Shown here: positions 36,021-54,221 of the stretch, piece after piece
Numbering within the stretch: position 1 is the stretch's first letter
How the letters are laid out: each line of letters opens with the position of its first letter
NCBI RefSeq assembly: GCF_964188315.1
Contig: NC_135661.1
Location: 29,698,001 to 29,762,000 of the forward strand
From: Podarcis muralis
Lineage: Eukaryota
DNA: 64,000 nucleotides
Reading direction: 5' to 3'
Position numbers and translations under genes: made by a program
The notes under the pieces: generated by a model
What the model saw: only the letters and a program-made list of their open reading frames with translations
What the model was told of the DNA's origin: nothing
Database searches by the model: none

Positions 36021-38457
36021 GTACAACAGCAGAAGAGGTGGCATCCAGACCAGAGATGTGATTGGGTGGCAGGGTGTGAAAGGGCTGAGCTCCTGCCTAT
36101 CCACACTTGCACCCTTAATCCCAGGTGCTGACAATTAGGGCTTTGGCATGAGAAACATTTGGCTCTTTAGGGAATTATAGGGACAGAACTACCCAAACAG
36201 TTTAGAAACTTATTTATGTATGCTACTACAATGGCAAGAATGTTACTTGCCCCAAAATGGCAGATGTCCCAGCAAAGGAAGAATGGATACAAAAAACTTA
36301 TGGAATATGCAGAAATGGCGAAACTTACTGGAAAAATAAGAAATCAAGATAACAAACTTCTTATAAAAGAATGGAAATGGTTTATTGAATATTTACAGAT
36401 AAATTGTAAACAGATAAGAACATTGGCAAGATTATTGTAATAACCTGCAATTTAATAAGAGTATATTTTTAAAGTAGATGAATAAATGAACAAATTAAGT
36501 TAATTTGGATACTGTATGCAGAAGATATTAAAAATAAATTTAGGGAACCACAGAAAGAGAGGGAAGGAAGCCAAGTTTTGAAATGTTAAAATGACTGTGA
36601 AATTATTGAAATGTATAAATCTGAAAATTATAAGTAAAATTTTAAAAAGAGAGAGAGAGAGAAACATTTGGCTCTTGCCTCAGACTGTGGACGGTCCCCT
36701 TCCAGGTGGTTGAGATTGCCAGCCTGACAGAGCACCTGCTGACAGAGTGCGACAAAAAGGACAACTTTGACAAGTGTCCGCGCTGCTGTGAAGCCCTGCC
36801 GAAGGACGAGCTGCCCCGGCATGTCAAGGGAAAGGCCTGCAACCGTAAGGAAGAGCGGGGCTCTGGGTGGGCTGGCAGGGAGCAGGCACAGCAGCCTCCG
36901 CCAACCAGGCCCCCTCCTTACATTTTGGACTCCCATCAGCCGAAGCCAGCATGAGATTGGGACATGCGGTCTGCAATGACATCTCTCTGCTTTCTCCTCT
37001 TTCCAGCTGCCAAGCCTGAAAAAGTGGCCAATCACTGTCCGTTGTGCCATGAGAATTTCACACCAGGAGAGGAGGTGAGAGCCATCGCCCTTAACTTGGC
37101 CAGTCACTGCTTAAAGAGAGGGAAAGAAGGGTTATCCTCCAATCTTGGTTGACCAGATGAAGTCCGGCTCACCCAGCTAGAATTGCATAGCACCTTGCCT
37201 GTCTTGTTGTATTAGCAGCTTGGCACAGCAGCAAGGCAGTGTGAAACAAGCATAGTGGGCAGCTTCACAGAAGTGCTCTCGATGCAGCTATAGCATCTCT
37301 CTGGCATGAATTCATCTTCCTATTTGGCTCCAGCTGCTTGATTTGTGTCCGTTTGATCCTGCCCTTTCCCCATAGGTGGTTCTCTCCCGGCCCCCTTTTA
37401 TCTTCCCAACCACCCTGCAAGGTGGGCCAGAGGTAGAGGTCACGAGAGCAGCGTAGCTGCCGCAGAAAGCAGAGACCCCGACTCTTTCACACAGTGCACA
37501 GTTAGACGGTGGTGTTGGCTGCCGGAAGATGCAGAGATGGACCCTAACTGTCCTGGCTTTAATGGCGGGGTAGACTCATAGAGGAGGCTAAGACAGTCAG
37601 TGACCCCTAGTCATTATGACCGTGCCCTTTGACCAATATTAGACACAATGTAGTCCCAATTACCTGGGTGTGGGGAGGCTATTGCATTTACTCCCTGTCT
37701 ATCCATTTCCCAGAGACATCTGATTGGTGCTAGGCTGGATGCCCCTTTGGTTTCATCCAGCAGGGCTCTTTATTCCAGCACCTTACGTGCTGCATCTCTT
37801 CCCTACCCCCAGCCTGCTTGATTTCATTATCTGTGTGAAAGACCTGATCCCTTTTTGACCTTCTCCCCTCCTTCCTTTCCCCATAGGCCTGGAAGGTGCA
37901 CCTCATGGGCAAAGACGGCTGCCGCATGAACCTGAGACGGGCCCAGTCCTTGAACAAGAGCCTGCCAATGCAGCCAGTTGCCGGTACGGCCTCCATTGTT
38001 GGTTTCACACAGATGTTGCTTAGGCAGCAGGGTGGTGTCTGTTTGCCTCTCCAGAGCACGAGGTGGCTTTCTTCCAGCATCCGGACACCTACAGGTGTCC
38101 CTTTTGTAAAAAAAAACAGTGGGAAGCTGAGAATCTAAGGATGTGTGTATATTTTGTGTGGGAGACACATCTCCACCCTCACCTGGGGAACCTGTGGTTG
38201 TACACTCAGCCCCGCAGGCATGAACGAGAGTGCATTGTGAACGAGGCGTATCCTGCAACGGCGCCTGCTTTCTTCTCTGTCTAAACTCAAACACTCTTCT
38301 CCCCCACCCCAAATTTTCAGGCAGGCCTGTCGGAGCACCTCTCAACCGATCCGGGCCGACGGGCATGAAGCTTCGCTCCCCATCGGTTGGCAGCAAGATC
38401 CCCACCCCACGAGGAGGCATGAATAAAAGCACTGGCAGAACGTATGCAAAGCGATGA
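21407..38457 (+). CDS. CEP104: Centrosomal protein of 104 kDa, 947 aa; coding exons 21407-21519, 21780-21953, 22518-22656, 24205-24267, 24741-24817, 26543-26711, 27771-27929, 28264-28497, 29323-29526, 30254-30421, 30646-30819, 31208-31384, 31735-31941, 32653-32769, 34017-34053, 34914-34995, 35510-35618, 36706-36844, 37007-37074, 37887-37983, 38321-38457
   Basis: MPHKIGFIVVSSSGHEDGFSAKELMVHAP jelly-roll domain; ISPLDDLAFDMYQDPEVAQIIRKLDE coiled coil; TOG/HEAT region (AYSKTWSYREDSLLAIYKK, TGDSSARLRVAAANFIQ); C2HC zinc fingers (LCIFCGE...LDLHYWKHC); C-terminus GSKIPTPRGGMNKSTGRTYAKR. All introns are GT-AG, phases close, and the 2844-nt CDS is open. Confidence 0.97.
23237..23428. mobile_element. 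Degenerate pogo/Tigger-like MITE in CEP104 intron
   Basis: TA|CAGTGGATGCTCGGG start and a right end AACCCGA-CTG|TA with an internal TIR deletion. Contains repeated CAACCCG words. Confidence 0.6.
25065..26258 (-). mobile_element. Sauria SINE interrupted by a nested DNA transposon
   Basis: SINE halves 25065-25271 and 26100-26258 rejoin as ...GTACC-TA-TTTATCTAC..., as in the copies at 4259 and 17950. 13-bp target duplication TTTTATGATTTAA at 25052-25064 and 26259-26271. Confidence 0.92.
25272..26099. mobile_element. Non-autonomous Tc1/mariner (Tc2-like) element, 828 bp, with about 4 internal 119-120 bp hairpin units
   Basis: TA|CCGTATTTTTCGCCCTATAGGACGC ... GCGTCCTATGGGACGAAAAATACGG|TA. CCGTATTT termini are characteristic of Tc2-type elements. 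Tandem units start near 25430, 25549, 25668 and 25787. Confidence 0.88.
27248..27413. repeat. Near-perfect 75-bp inverted repeat with a 16-nt loop (palindromic MITE-like element) in a CEP104 intron
   Basis: Arms 27248-27322 and 27339-27413 differ at only 3 positions. Confidence 0.92.
29135..29275 (+). mobile_element. tRNA-derived squamate SINE (Squam3-like); similar copies near 5010-5165 (-), 23865-23975, 33200-33312 and 45605-45735
   Basis: Shared words (C)TCAGTG..GAGCATCTGCT..GCATGCAGAAG..CCCAGG and (CT)GGAGAGC..CTGCCAGTCAGTGTA. Family name from recollection. Confidence 0.65.
35972..36018. repeat. (TC)n microsatellite
   Basis: About 23 uninterrupted CT/TC units. Confidence 0.97.
36168..36658 (+). 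mobile_element. 5'-truncated non-LTR retrotransposon (L1-like 3' end) with an 18-bp target duplication
   Basis: GAGAAACATTTGGCTCTT is duplicated at 36150-36167 and 36659-36676. AT-rich body encoding YATTMARMLLA..W..LMEYAEMAKLTGKIRNQD...KEWKWFIEYL, resembling L1-clade ORF2 C-termini of squamates (recalled). A-rich/(GA)n tail. Confidence 0.72.
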
Positions 38458-41400
38458 CGCGGATCTCTTCTTTCCTTTTGGCTCCACAACCGGCTGCACT
38501 TTACGTATCTCTCTCTAAGATTCTGCTTGCAGATAGCGGCGGTACCCTGCCTCACACTCCTCTCCTTCCCCAAGTGGCACAGTTATAAGCCAATCGCGTC
38601 TCTGTATGATTGTTTGGCTTCGATAGGTTGGTCCTCTCTTCCCTGGGGATTGTCCACACAGGTGGAGAAGTTGCACATCAAAAACTCCATCTGGTGGGTG
38701 CTCACTCCTTGACTGTGATCTCTTGCAGCACAAAAGCAGGGGAAAGAGGAAGCCTTGTCTAAGCCTTCTTACACCCTCTAGTTTCTGGGTCACTTTCTCC
38801 TTGCACTACAGGCCCAGGCACAAGGAGGTGGGTTCTTATGTTACATGGGTTGTCTGAATTTGGTGGGATTTGCCATGCCAGTCTTTCTCCTAGTTCTCCT
38901 AGCCCTACCTAGTTCTCATAAGCATTTCTCTAGGCAGTGACTTACAGTCTAGGCTCAGCCTGAAGCATTTGCTCATGAGGTGTGTTCTACACATTAGGAT
39001 CTGTTGCGTCTCCTGCTGCTCTTGCAGATTCCCTACTGGATTCTGTAGGGTTTCTGCAGGAGATGTTCCCCCCATAAGTCTGATGTGTCTGTCTCCCACT
39101 CTGCTGCTCTTATTGTCCCCCCCCAAAAAAAAACACCTACCACCTGAGGCACCCTAGGAAGGCCATGCCTGTTCCTTGTTCATAATCAGATACAAAAGAA
39201 ACGCACATATTTAAGCCCCACAAACTAGGCAGCCGAGCTTCCAACCATAGGCCTTTCTGCCCTCTTCCTGTCTGGTTGAAAGGTACATTCCTCACCCTAT
39301 TTTCTAGAAAGTTTTGCTGATCCACCATCACCTCCAAATGCGCATGAAAGAACTGCAGTGGCCAATTATTGGCCTAAGAACCAGTTCGTGCCATTTGGGT
39401 GGTATGGGGGGTACAGCTTTTGGCTGCCTGTTCCACTTCATCTTTCTGGTAGGGGGTAAGAGTGGGAATTGCATGCTTAAATGCTTGCATACTTTGTTAA
39501 AAAAAGAAACCTCTCCAATGTCAGAGGAAAGGGCTCTCACCTGGCCTTCTCCTTGACATACTAGAGTTTCTGCATACATCATGGATGGGCAGCTGATGGC
39601 CCTCCAACAGTTGTATCCAACCTAGTTCTACTCAGAGTAGACCCACTGAAAGCAGTGAGTTATGCCAGTAAAGATCAATGGGACGCACTTTGGGTACAAC
39701 CCCAGAGGTTGTGGGACTCCAGCTCCCATCAGCCCCAGCCCACAACGTTTGGAGGTCCACAGGCTCCCCATCCCTTGAATCCTTGGGATGTTTTCATTTT
39801 CAAAGCATTTAATTCCCCTACCTGCAGTCTAAACTACTGAGGTCCAACCAGAGCTGTCCCATTTAACCTATTTGATCATGTTCTGCTTGAAAAGATGGGG
39901 CAGACCAGAATCCCCTTCTCTAGAGCTCAAGAGGCAGTTCTAGTAACCCAGCACATGTGTGGGCACATAACATTATGTTAAGAAGCAATAGGGGGGAGGG
40001 GAGAACCCGGAATCTTAGCTATGTGCAAAGCACTCTGGAAATGAGAACTGACAGGTGGTTGCAGTTCTTGCAGATCTAAATAATATATCAGCCTTGTGTT
40101 CCCAAACGGGGATTTTCCAACCTCTCTAGGAGGTTGCCCTCCCTCAGAGAGCATAGCATAACACTTTGGATGATAAAACGATGCATCCATTAATGGGAAA
40201 GGAGTTCCCATGTAATGGAAAAGTTTGAAAACCACTGGATCAGGTTAATGAAAATCCATAACAACCTCAGGAATGTTAATCAAGTCATGAAAGGGTTTAC
40301 TTGCCATCCCATCCTTCACATTAAAGGATCATCTGAAAGGACAGCATTATAAAACTTGTTCAGCATCTTCTTCTAAGATGTGTAATGGCTGATGTGGGAT
40401 CTGCAGGCTTTTGAATTGTGCAAACTCTTCAGCAAGCAGAAAGAAAAGGTAGCCAGATACAGAGGGCATAACTACTGCTGTGACCCCTTATGAACGTTAA
40501 CCTTTTCTTATTTTTTACGGCCTCGCAACTGTGTAGACTAGAGGGATTATGGAGGTGAAAGAAGGAGTCTAAGAGATCACAAGCTTAGATGGCTTTTTAA
40601 AAAATAGATAAATTCATGGAGGATTGAATGAGATAGGTGGAAGCTCTGTGCAGAGCCCGCCCAGCCATTAGGCAGGATGAGGCAGCTGCCTTAGGCAGCA
40701 GAAGCCCCCAAAGCGGTGTCCTACCACCTCTGCCAGCAGCAGAGGAGCACTGCCCATTTCAGGCAAAATCACATCTATTTGGGGTAATCTCACCCTGAAT
40801 CAGTGTGATCTTGTCTGAAATCAGTGCCAGTGGCAGTGCTGCTTCTCTGCCAGTGACAGATGTAGTAGGACACATACTGGTGGCACAGCAAGCTGCAGCA
40901 GCGGGGTCAGGCAGAATTTCCCATTTTGCCTTAAGCGGTGATACAGGATGCACTGTCCCTGGCTCTGTGTATGTGCAGTTGTAGCATACCTCTTTATTAA
41001 AAAATAATTTTAAAAGAGCTAGAGACTGGGCAGTGGTGAAAGCGACCCTTCTCCTCTTCCAGCCCTGCTTATGGGCTCCCAGAAAGCATCTGGTGGGTTC
41101 TAAGCTAGATGGACCCCTTGGGCTGATTCAGCAAGGCTTTTCTTAGCAGGCTTTCATTTCTTTCTTTCTGCAGAAGACTCACTTTAGCCTTCCTTTTCTG
41201 GTCCTCGCAGGTAGGAGCAGCAAACCTAGCACAGCGGAGGAAAGGCTTTTGATTTGGGTGGGACACTGTTCCAATTTTAGATGGTTGTGCTGTGCTACAA
41301 GAAGCATAAGTGGGCATTAAGCACTTGCACGCTTACTGGCACAAATCAAACATGCCTGTGGGCACACACACACAGCATTCCCTTTATCTACTCACAAGCA

Positions 41401-44379
41401 CGTCAAATAAGAGTAAGGCACAGGTTGGTGTATTTATCACTCCACACCCACCCACTGAGTGAGTTGCGTAGAAAAGCTCTCTCCTGTCCACTAAAGTGGG
41501 GTCTGGGGGCCACTGTAACAGCTGTGGAACGTGCCCTGCACGTTCCACCTCCTTATCCGAGCCCCTCTCAACCCTGTTCCATCCCCCCAGAAGCTATAAG
41601 TCAGGCCTTGTACTGGAACCTCTTGAAGGCCGCAGCCCTGGCCCATCGCAGGCCACAGATACGATGCTGTGGGTCATGATGCACATGAGCTGCTGCTGAA
41701 AGGGGCAGATGGAAACACAGAAGGGGAGGGGAGGTGGATATTTCCCCAAACAAAGGCCTGGATTGTCCTTTGGCTTGTTTAGGGCAGAACAAGAAGTTAC
41801 ATTGGCAAACGCAAGTTCCCAACCCTTTTGTCTGCTGAAGAACAGGAATCCTGGGGCAGGAGAGAAGCAGCCGGGGAGCCCACTTGCGCATGCACCCAGA
41901 ACCCCTGTTCACTGCTTTGACCCAAACCAGACCTGTTTTGGATATAACAGGTAAAAAAGCCAGTGGAGGGGTGGGGTTGGGAGAACAGCCAGTGGAATAC
42001 AGATTAAATACCCCTGCTTTTTTACCCCCGAGTGTCATCCCTTTTCCTGCATTCACATGCCTTCCTGTACACCTTCCTGTGTAATCACAGGATCTTGGTG
42101 ACCTTGGCTAGAAATAACTGAGTTACCTCTAAGGAGGGAAACGTGTTTGCAGGAGCAAACTTCCAACGCAGGATATCTTTAGGTGCACAAGACGTGCGCT
42201 TGCCCTTCAGATTCCCCAATGTGGGGCCAAGGTTTGTTGCAACTCCCCACCAGTCAGAGGCTCACCTAAGGGAGCAGACGCCAACACGTCTTCAGTTGGG
42301 GTTTTCAAGACTTAAGTTGGATAGCTTGCCATGTTGCAACTTAGCCATGTTGTATGGTTTTGTAGGAAATGAGCAAATTGCTGGATAGCAGGCCTGATTC
42401 CAGAGTTTTGCACTCCTTTTGTTACATCAACTTGCACACAGGTTTGTACTGCTCTGATAATAAAGGTCTATATTTCAACAAGGAGTGGCAGTGATTCTTT
42501 TTCTCTTTTTGAAATATATCTTTATTTCTGTGTTTATTGTGTTCTATATGTAGTCCACCGTTCCAAAGATTTGGTACTGGTTATGCTCTGCCCTGTCCTT
42601 GCCACCATAGCTCAATTCTATAATAAAAATATTAAAAATTGGACTGTTTAAAGAAAAGGCACACAAGCTCAGATTTGGGTGAATCTCCAGAGGAAGGGAA
42701 TTCCACAGAGAAGAGCAGCTACGAATTCTGCTTAGCCTCGTGGGTCTGATTTGTGCATAGAAGTTAAGCTTGGGGCAGCATTTTCAGCTGATGTTGAAGT
42801 CCGTAGCATAGTGCAGATCAGGTAGTGCAGAGGTGGTCTGTGGACCTTTGATGATATCAGGTGGTCCACAACAAAGTTGCAAACATTTGAGAACATTGGT
42901 GTTTGGCTCAGCATTTGATTTATTTTACTGGACAACAAAGATCAAGGCTTTGTTGATCAGGGCCAAAATTTCAAGCTAATAAGGACTACTGACATGGCAC
43001 TGATTTTTGACAATGATGCCAGCACTTAAGGAAAAAAAACATTTGTTTTTAAGCCAGATGAAAAATCTGTGGCTTTTTAAATAGTATCACTTGTATATTA
43101 CATAGTTTTTATTGGTCACATTTTGTCAGCTGCATTTGTGTTTTTCATTGGATGCAATCTCTTCCTGTTTCATTATTATATTGGCCACAGATAGCTATGT
43201 GCTGGTAAGGGTTTCACAGGATGGAGTTAACTGAAAGGTAATATCTGCTCCCATATAGTACATTATAGAACAGAGTTTCTCATCCATTAAAAAGGGGGTG
43301 CATCTGTTCCATTAGAAAGGCAAGACTAGTTATTAAAATATTAGTTGGGTGTAACTTTATAACATGTATGCATGTGCTTTGATGTGTACTACAACAGCAA
43401 AAGTTTGCTAAGTGGTCGGATGAAACACCCATCAACTTTCAAAAGACGGACTGGATGGGTGGGACAAAAGGTTTGGCAACCAGAGATCCTTGTCTGGAGA
43501 TCCCAGAGAACCTCTGCCAGTCAGAGTAAAAACTATGTGCAAGGGACAAACTGTGGTCTTCCAGAGATTGGACTACAACTCCGATCACTGGTATCTCTGT
43601 GATCAGGCTGGAGGGAGTTGGAATGGAGCGACATCTGGATGGCCATAGCTGCCCAATCCCTGACATAGTGGGACATGGGCCTGAAGGCTTTTTTAAAGAT
43701 ACATCCAGGCTTATTGAGCCCCTGTGTTTCATCACCTGCACTTTGAATTGGGCCCTGCATGCATCAGGGAGGCAGTTCAGATAGCCACCATTCGTCAGAC
43801 ATTTCTTCGGAGTATGCAGACCATTCGGACCATATCTATATGGACAAACCACCATACGGAGAATCGTAGAATGTGCTTTTGGCACTTTTAAATGAGTGAT
43901 TCCCCCCCCCCCCAAAAAAAAATTGAACTTTAATAACAAACAGGGTTGATTTAAATTGATTGTTATGGCAATTGCAAATCAGCTCCTGGGTTAATACCAA
44001 TCAAACAAAAGGAAAAGCGGGAAGCCTGTGATTGCCAGCTACCCTTTTAGGCGCACCGTTTCCGTTTAATTGACAGCCATAGAGTTTTTAGTATAGGGCG
44101 GTTTACATCCGCTGACGGGCAACCTATGCAGACAACCATAAAGATACCATGGAAGTTGGATATTGGGCTAGAGCGGCCTCTTCATTTTATTACCGTGCAA
44201 ATGAGAAACAGAAGCGGCAACTGGATGTCGCATATCTACATGTTTTCATGTAATATTTTTACTTCTAAATTCTACATTTGAAAATGTAACGCGCTGGGAC
44301 CTGCTGAAGGGCAAGAAATAAATTTAAAACTACCATTAAATCTTTTTCAAGGATATCACCCATATTCGCCACACACACG

Positions 44380-44543
44380 ACCGCCCGCTTTTCTGAGCCC
44401 ACTTCATAAGACTACACAGTATAGGACATCTCGCCATTTCTCATTTTTTCCGCTATTGACGGCACAGGAAGCGGAAGCGCGTCCTGGATCGGAAGCGCGG
44501 TTGACGCCGGAAGCAGAAGCGGCTGTGCCCAGCCGAGAGAAAG
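44380..44543 (+). promoter_or_regulatory. LRRC47 promoter with tandem ETS/GABP sites
   Basis: Four (C/A)GGAAG cores between 44465 and 44514, followed by AAGATGGCGGC overlapping the start codon, at the edge of a CpG island. Confidence 0.75.
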
Positions 44544-50461
<5,918 letters not shown>

Positions 50462-53169
50462 GCGCCTTTGGTTTCCTTTCCCTGTTGTGGGGCACGCTAG
50501 ACAGCATTTGTGAGCAGCCTCCCCTTGCAGGATTTTATTGTTTCTTTAACTCGTCAGCCAGAAATCCAATGCTGTGCTTTGGAGAGGGCTTGGTTGACAG
50601 CTAAAAGCAGGGTTTTTGTGATCTCGAGAGAGACTCGAAGACCTTCTACCCAAGCCAGGGATCCACACGGATCTCTTGAGTAAAGGTGCGGGATCATATT
50701 TATTTTAATGAGACACACTAATATCCACGTGGCATAATGGTACTCTATAATCTCTGCATAATTGGGCATCGGGGCCAGGTAGGAAGCTTTGTGGGTGTGA
50801 GAGACACACCCACCCTCACCTGCCACCACCACTGTTAATCAGGTGTTGTGCTTTCTAGCAATACAGATGTGGCCTGCTATTGCTTCAGACTCTGAAGCCT
50901 GCTTTGTAACCTTGACCTGGGTGCTGCTGCTGCTGCTCTCTGAAGTCCTCTTCTCCCCATGACACTCAGGTGTCTTGCAGAGTATGTGAGAGGTTGCACT
51001 GACACCCAAACTGTTTTTCTCAGTTTATGCCACGCTGGCTTTTCTTCACATCTTGCCAGCAGAGTAGCATGAAGCCATACAAACAGGCCTGCAGACTTGT
51101 GTGTCTTGGGGAGCATCTACCCCACCCTTCCTCCCTCGTGCCACGTAGAAAACTCAGTTTTTGAAACTGACGCTTCTTTCAAAATCAATGGTTTGCCATT
51201 GGGAAGAGCCACGAGCTGCTCTCCACAGGGGCAACAAAAAGTCAGTAACGACACTGGACCATGTACACCACCTCTCTGTTCGCGCCTAAAAGGCCTGTAT
51301 CATGGTCCAAGTTTCTAGCCCTCATTGATTGCATGGACGAACTGGGAAATGTAACAGCCAGTGATGCGGGGGGGGGGGGGAGAGTACAAATAAAGGAGAA
51401 AATGACAAGTGTGCAAATTTCCATTCATTATTTCAGTTTATGATGAACATTTCCTCCAAAGGGGTCTGATCAGATTTTTTTTCATGTCACACAGTAACAG
51501 TTTTCACAGTAATATTGCATACCCACTCTGCGGCGCTAGTTCTGCTTATGCTGCCCTTCCCGGCATATTTATCATGGATCTGTAATCAAGCTGACTGTAG
51601 TTGTGCTCCTTTTCATTGGGAGCCATCCTCTTATTCAGAATCATAATAAGAGTGGGGATAGAGGCAGCAGTGGCTGTTAATTTCTGACCCAGCCCCCTTA
51701 AACTTTCCTTCTGGGCTGGCTGTCTTCGTAGAATCTTAGAATTGTAGAGTTGGAAGGGACCCCAAGGGCCATCTAATCCAACCCCCTGCAATGCAGGCAT
51801 CTCAGCTAAAGAATGCATGTCAGGTGGCCATCCAACCTCTGCTTAAAAACCTCCAAGGAAGGAGAGTCCACAACCTCAGGAGAGTAACCTGAGCCCTGCC
51901 AGAAGAAGTGCCTGTCCGTGCTACTTTGGGGCCATGAATCTTTCTCACTCTTGAGGGCCACATTGTTATTCAAGCAGCCTTCTGGGGGCCACATTGCCAG
52001 CGGTGGCCAGGGCCACGGTCAAAAGTGGGTGGAGCAACAGGCATGACTTTGCACAGTAAGCTTGTTTCTATGCCCCTCTCTATCCTCCAGGCAAGTAAGA
52101 AGCTTTGAGCCAGTGCGGCATGGTGGTTAGAGTATCAGACAAGGGCCTGGAAGACTGGGGTTAAAATCCCCACTCAGACATGAAGCTCGCTGGGTGATCT
52201 TGGTCCAGCCATTTGCACTCAGCCCTACCTACCTCACAGGGTGGTTGTGAGAAGAGTATGGGGAGAACTATGTAAGCCGCCTTGAGCTCCTTGGAGAAAA
52301 AGGTGAGGTGCAAATGTAATTAATCATCATCCCCAGAATTTAAGGGCATTTCAGCAAGGCAAAAACGCTCACAGAGGGTGCAAAGCAGAGCCTGTATAGG
52401 TGTGTCTCTAGGGAGAGACCCAAGAGCCAGAGAAAAAAGTGTGGCGTTCCACATTGGACCCTGTGTCAAGCTTTCTTACGCTGGGTTGAGATGAACTCAG
52501 CTCCAAATTAAGCTGAAGGACTGCTGTAATCAGAAATTGGTTTAGCAATGGAGGGTGCTCCCATATTTTCAAGAGTGATGGGAAACCCTTAACTGCCATC
52601 AACCCCAGCGGGGTTCAGTGAAGTTCAACAAAGTTTTGTGCATGGGCACAGGCTCCCCATCACTCTCTTAAGGCGTTCGGCTATTCTTAAGGTCGTGATT
52701 TCTGCATAGCTGGTAGTTTGAGGGAGGGCATCAGAATGGCAATTTGATCCATTTAAAAATAAAACCAGGATTTGTGTTGGGGTGGGTGGGAGAATGAGAG
52801 GTCCATTAAAGTAGAGCATTTAACGTGTTCCCAGCGAATGTTTATGTAAGTGAGATTTCCAAAGGACCTTCAAAAGATTTTTCACGGGCCCCTTGAGGGT
52901 CAGGGGGGAGAGGAAAGAAATTAGCCTAATATTAACAGAGAGCAGTTTCCAGCCTCTCCTGAAGCCGGCCCACCCTGATGCATGTATATACAGGATCTTG
53001 TGTGGTCTTTCTTCTCTCCACCAACGCCCCCTGCCTCCTGAAAGCCTATGGTCAATAACATTCAAGAGTCAAAGGTTCAGGATCTCTAAATAAGGGCAGG
53101 CTTAATAGGATTGTTTTGAAGTTTTTGCTTAAGAATACTAGAGATCCCTGAATCAATGACTAAGGATGC

Positions 53170-53645
53170 AAGGGAGCCCAATGAGCATCAAGTCCTGCTC
53201 CCTCCCATGTGGAAATCACAGCTAAAGAATCCTTGACAAATGGCCATCCAGCCTCAGTTAAGGAACCTCCAGTGAAGAAGAGTCACCACCTGCCAAAGTC
53301 ATTCGTTCCACCGTAGAGCACTTTTTACTGGCAGAAAGTTCTCCCTAAGGTTTCGTGGGAATCTCTTGTCATTTGAACCCATTGGTTTGGGCCATCCCCT
53401 CTGAAGCAGCAGGAAACAAGCTACCATGGGGCAGCCCTTCAGATATTTGAAGATGGTTTTCACATCACCTCTCAGTCTTTTCTTTTCCAGGCTAAACATA
53501 CCCAACTCCCTCAAGCATTCCTCATAAGGCTTGGTTTCTAGACACCTTTATGACCTTGGTCAACCCACATCTGCACACATTTAGCTTGTCAGTATCCTTA
53601 AACTGTGGTGCCCAGAACTAGACACAGGACTCCAGGTGGGGTTTG
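53170..53645 (-). mobile_element. CR1 LINE 3' fragment
   Basis: ORF 53299-53514 RELGMFSLEKKRLRGDVKTIFKYLKGC is the typical CR1 ORF2 C-terminus. Shorter CR1 tails occur near 15600-15750, 51730-51900 and 55560-55730. Confidence 0.85.
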
Positions 53646-54221
53646 ACCAGGGCAGACTTTCACATCATTAAAATAAGAATCTGATTGCCCCACCTAATCC
53701 AGCAATTTTCCTTGTGCTAGCTTGGTTTGTTGTTTGTTTTTTCTACTTGATGTACGGCTGCAAATCAGGCAGCCAAATTTGGAGGGTGACCGTCCTGTAC
53801 ACGTTGCCGTCCTCATTGCTGGAATACTCAAGTGTGATCTGCTGGCAACGAGGCATTTTCCTCCTCCTCCCTGGAGCGAACGGGGACTTTTGTTACCGAG
53901 AAAACCATGCAGCCGATCTCTGCATAATGAAAGACTCAGCCTTGTCAGTTGCCAGTGTCGTTTTTCAGCCGTAGACCACACAAGAGTCCTGTAACTCGAC
54001 GAGGTCCTGCGGAGTGTGTGCATTGCCGGGGAAAGTCCACCTCCTCGGTTTATTGGAGCTTGGGACTTCCAGGGGATACATCTTCCCACTTGGGGTGATC
54101 CGGAGAGAAAAAGAGAAGCCTTAGCTGAACGACGGGGCGAGCCTTTTTGTGGAGTTCATTCTCTCCATTTCCAAGGCTCTGTAACAAAAGAGAAGGTGAG
54201 AGCAGAGGCGCCAGGAGGTGG

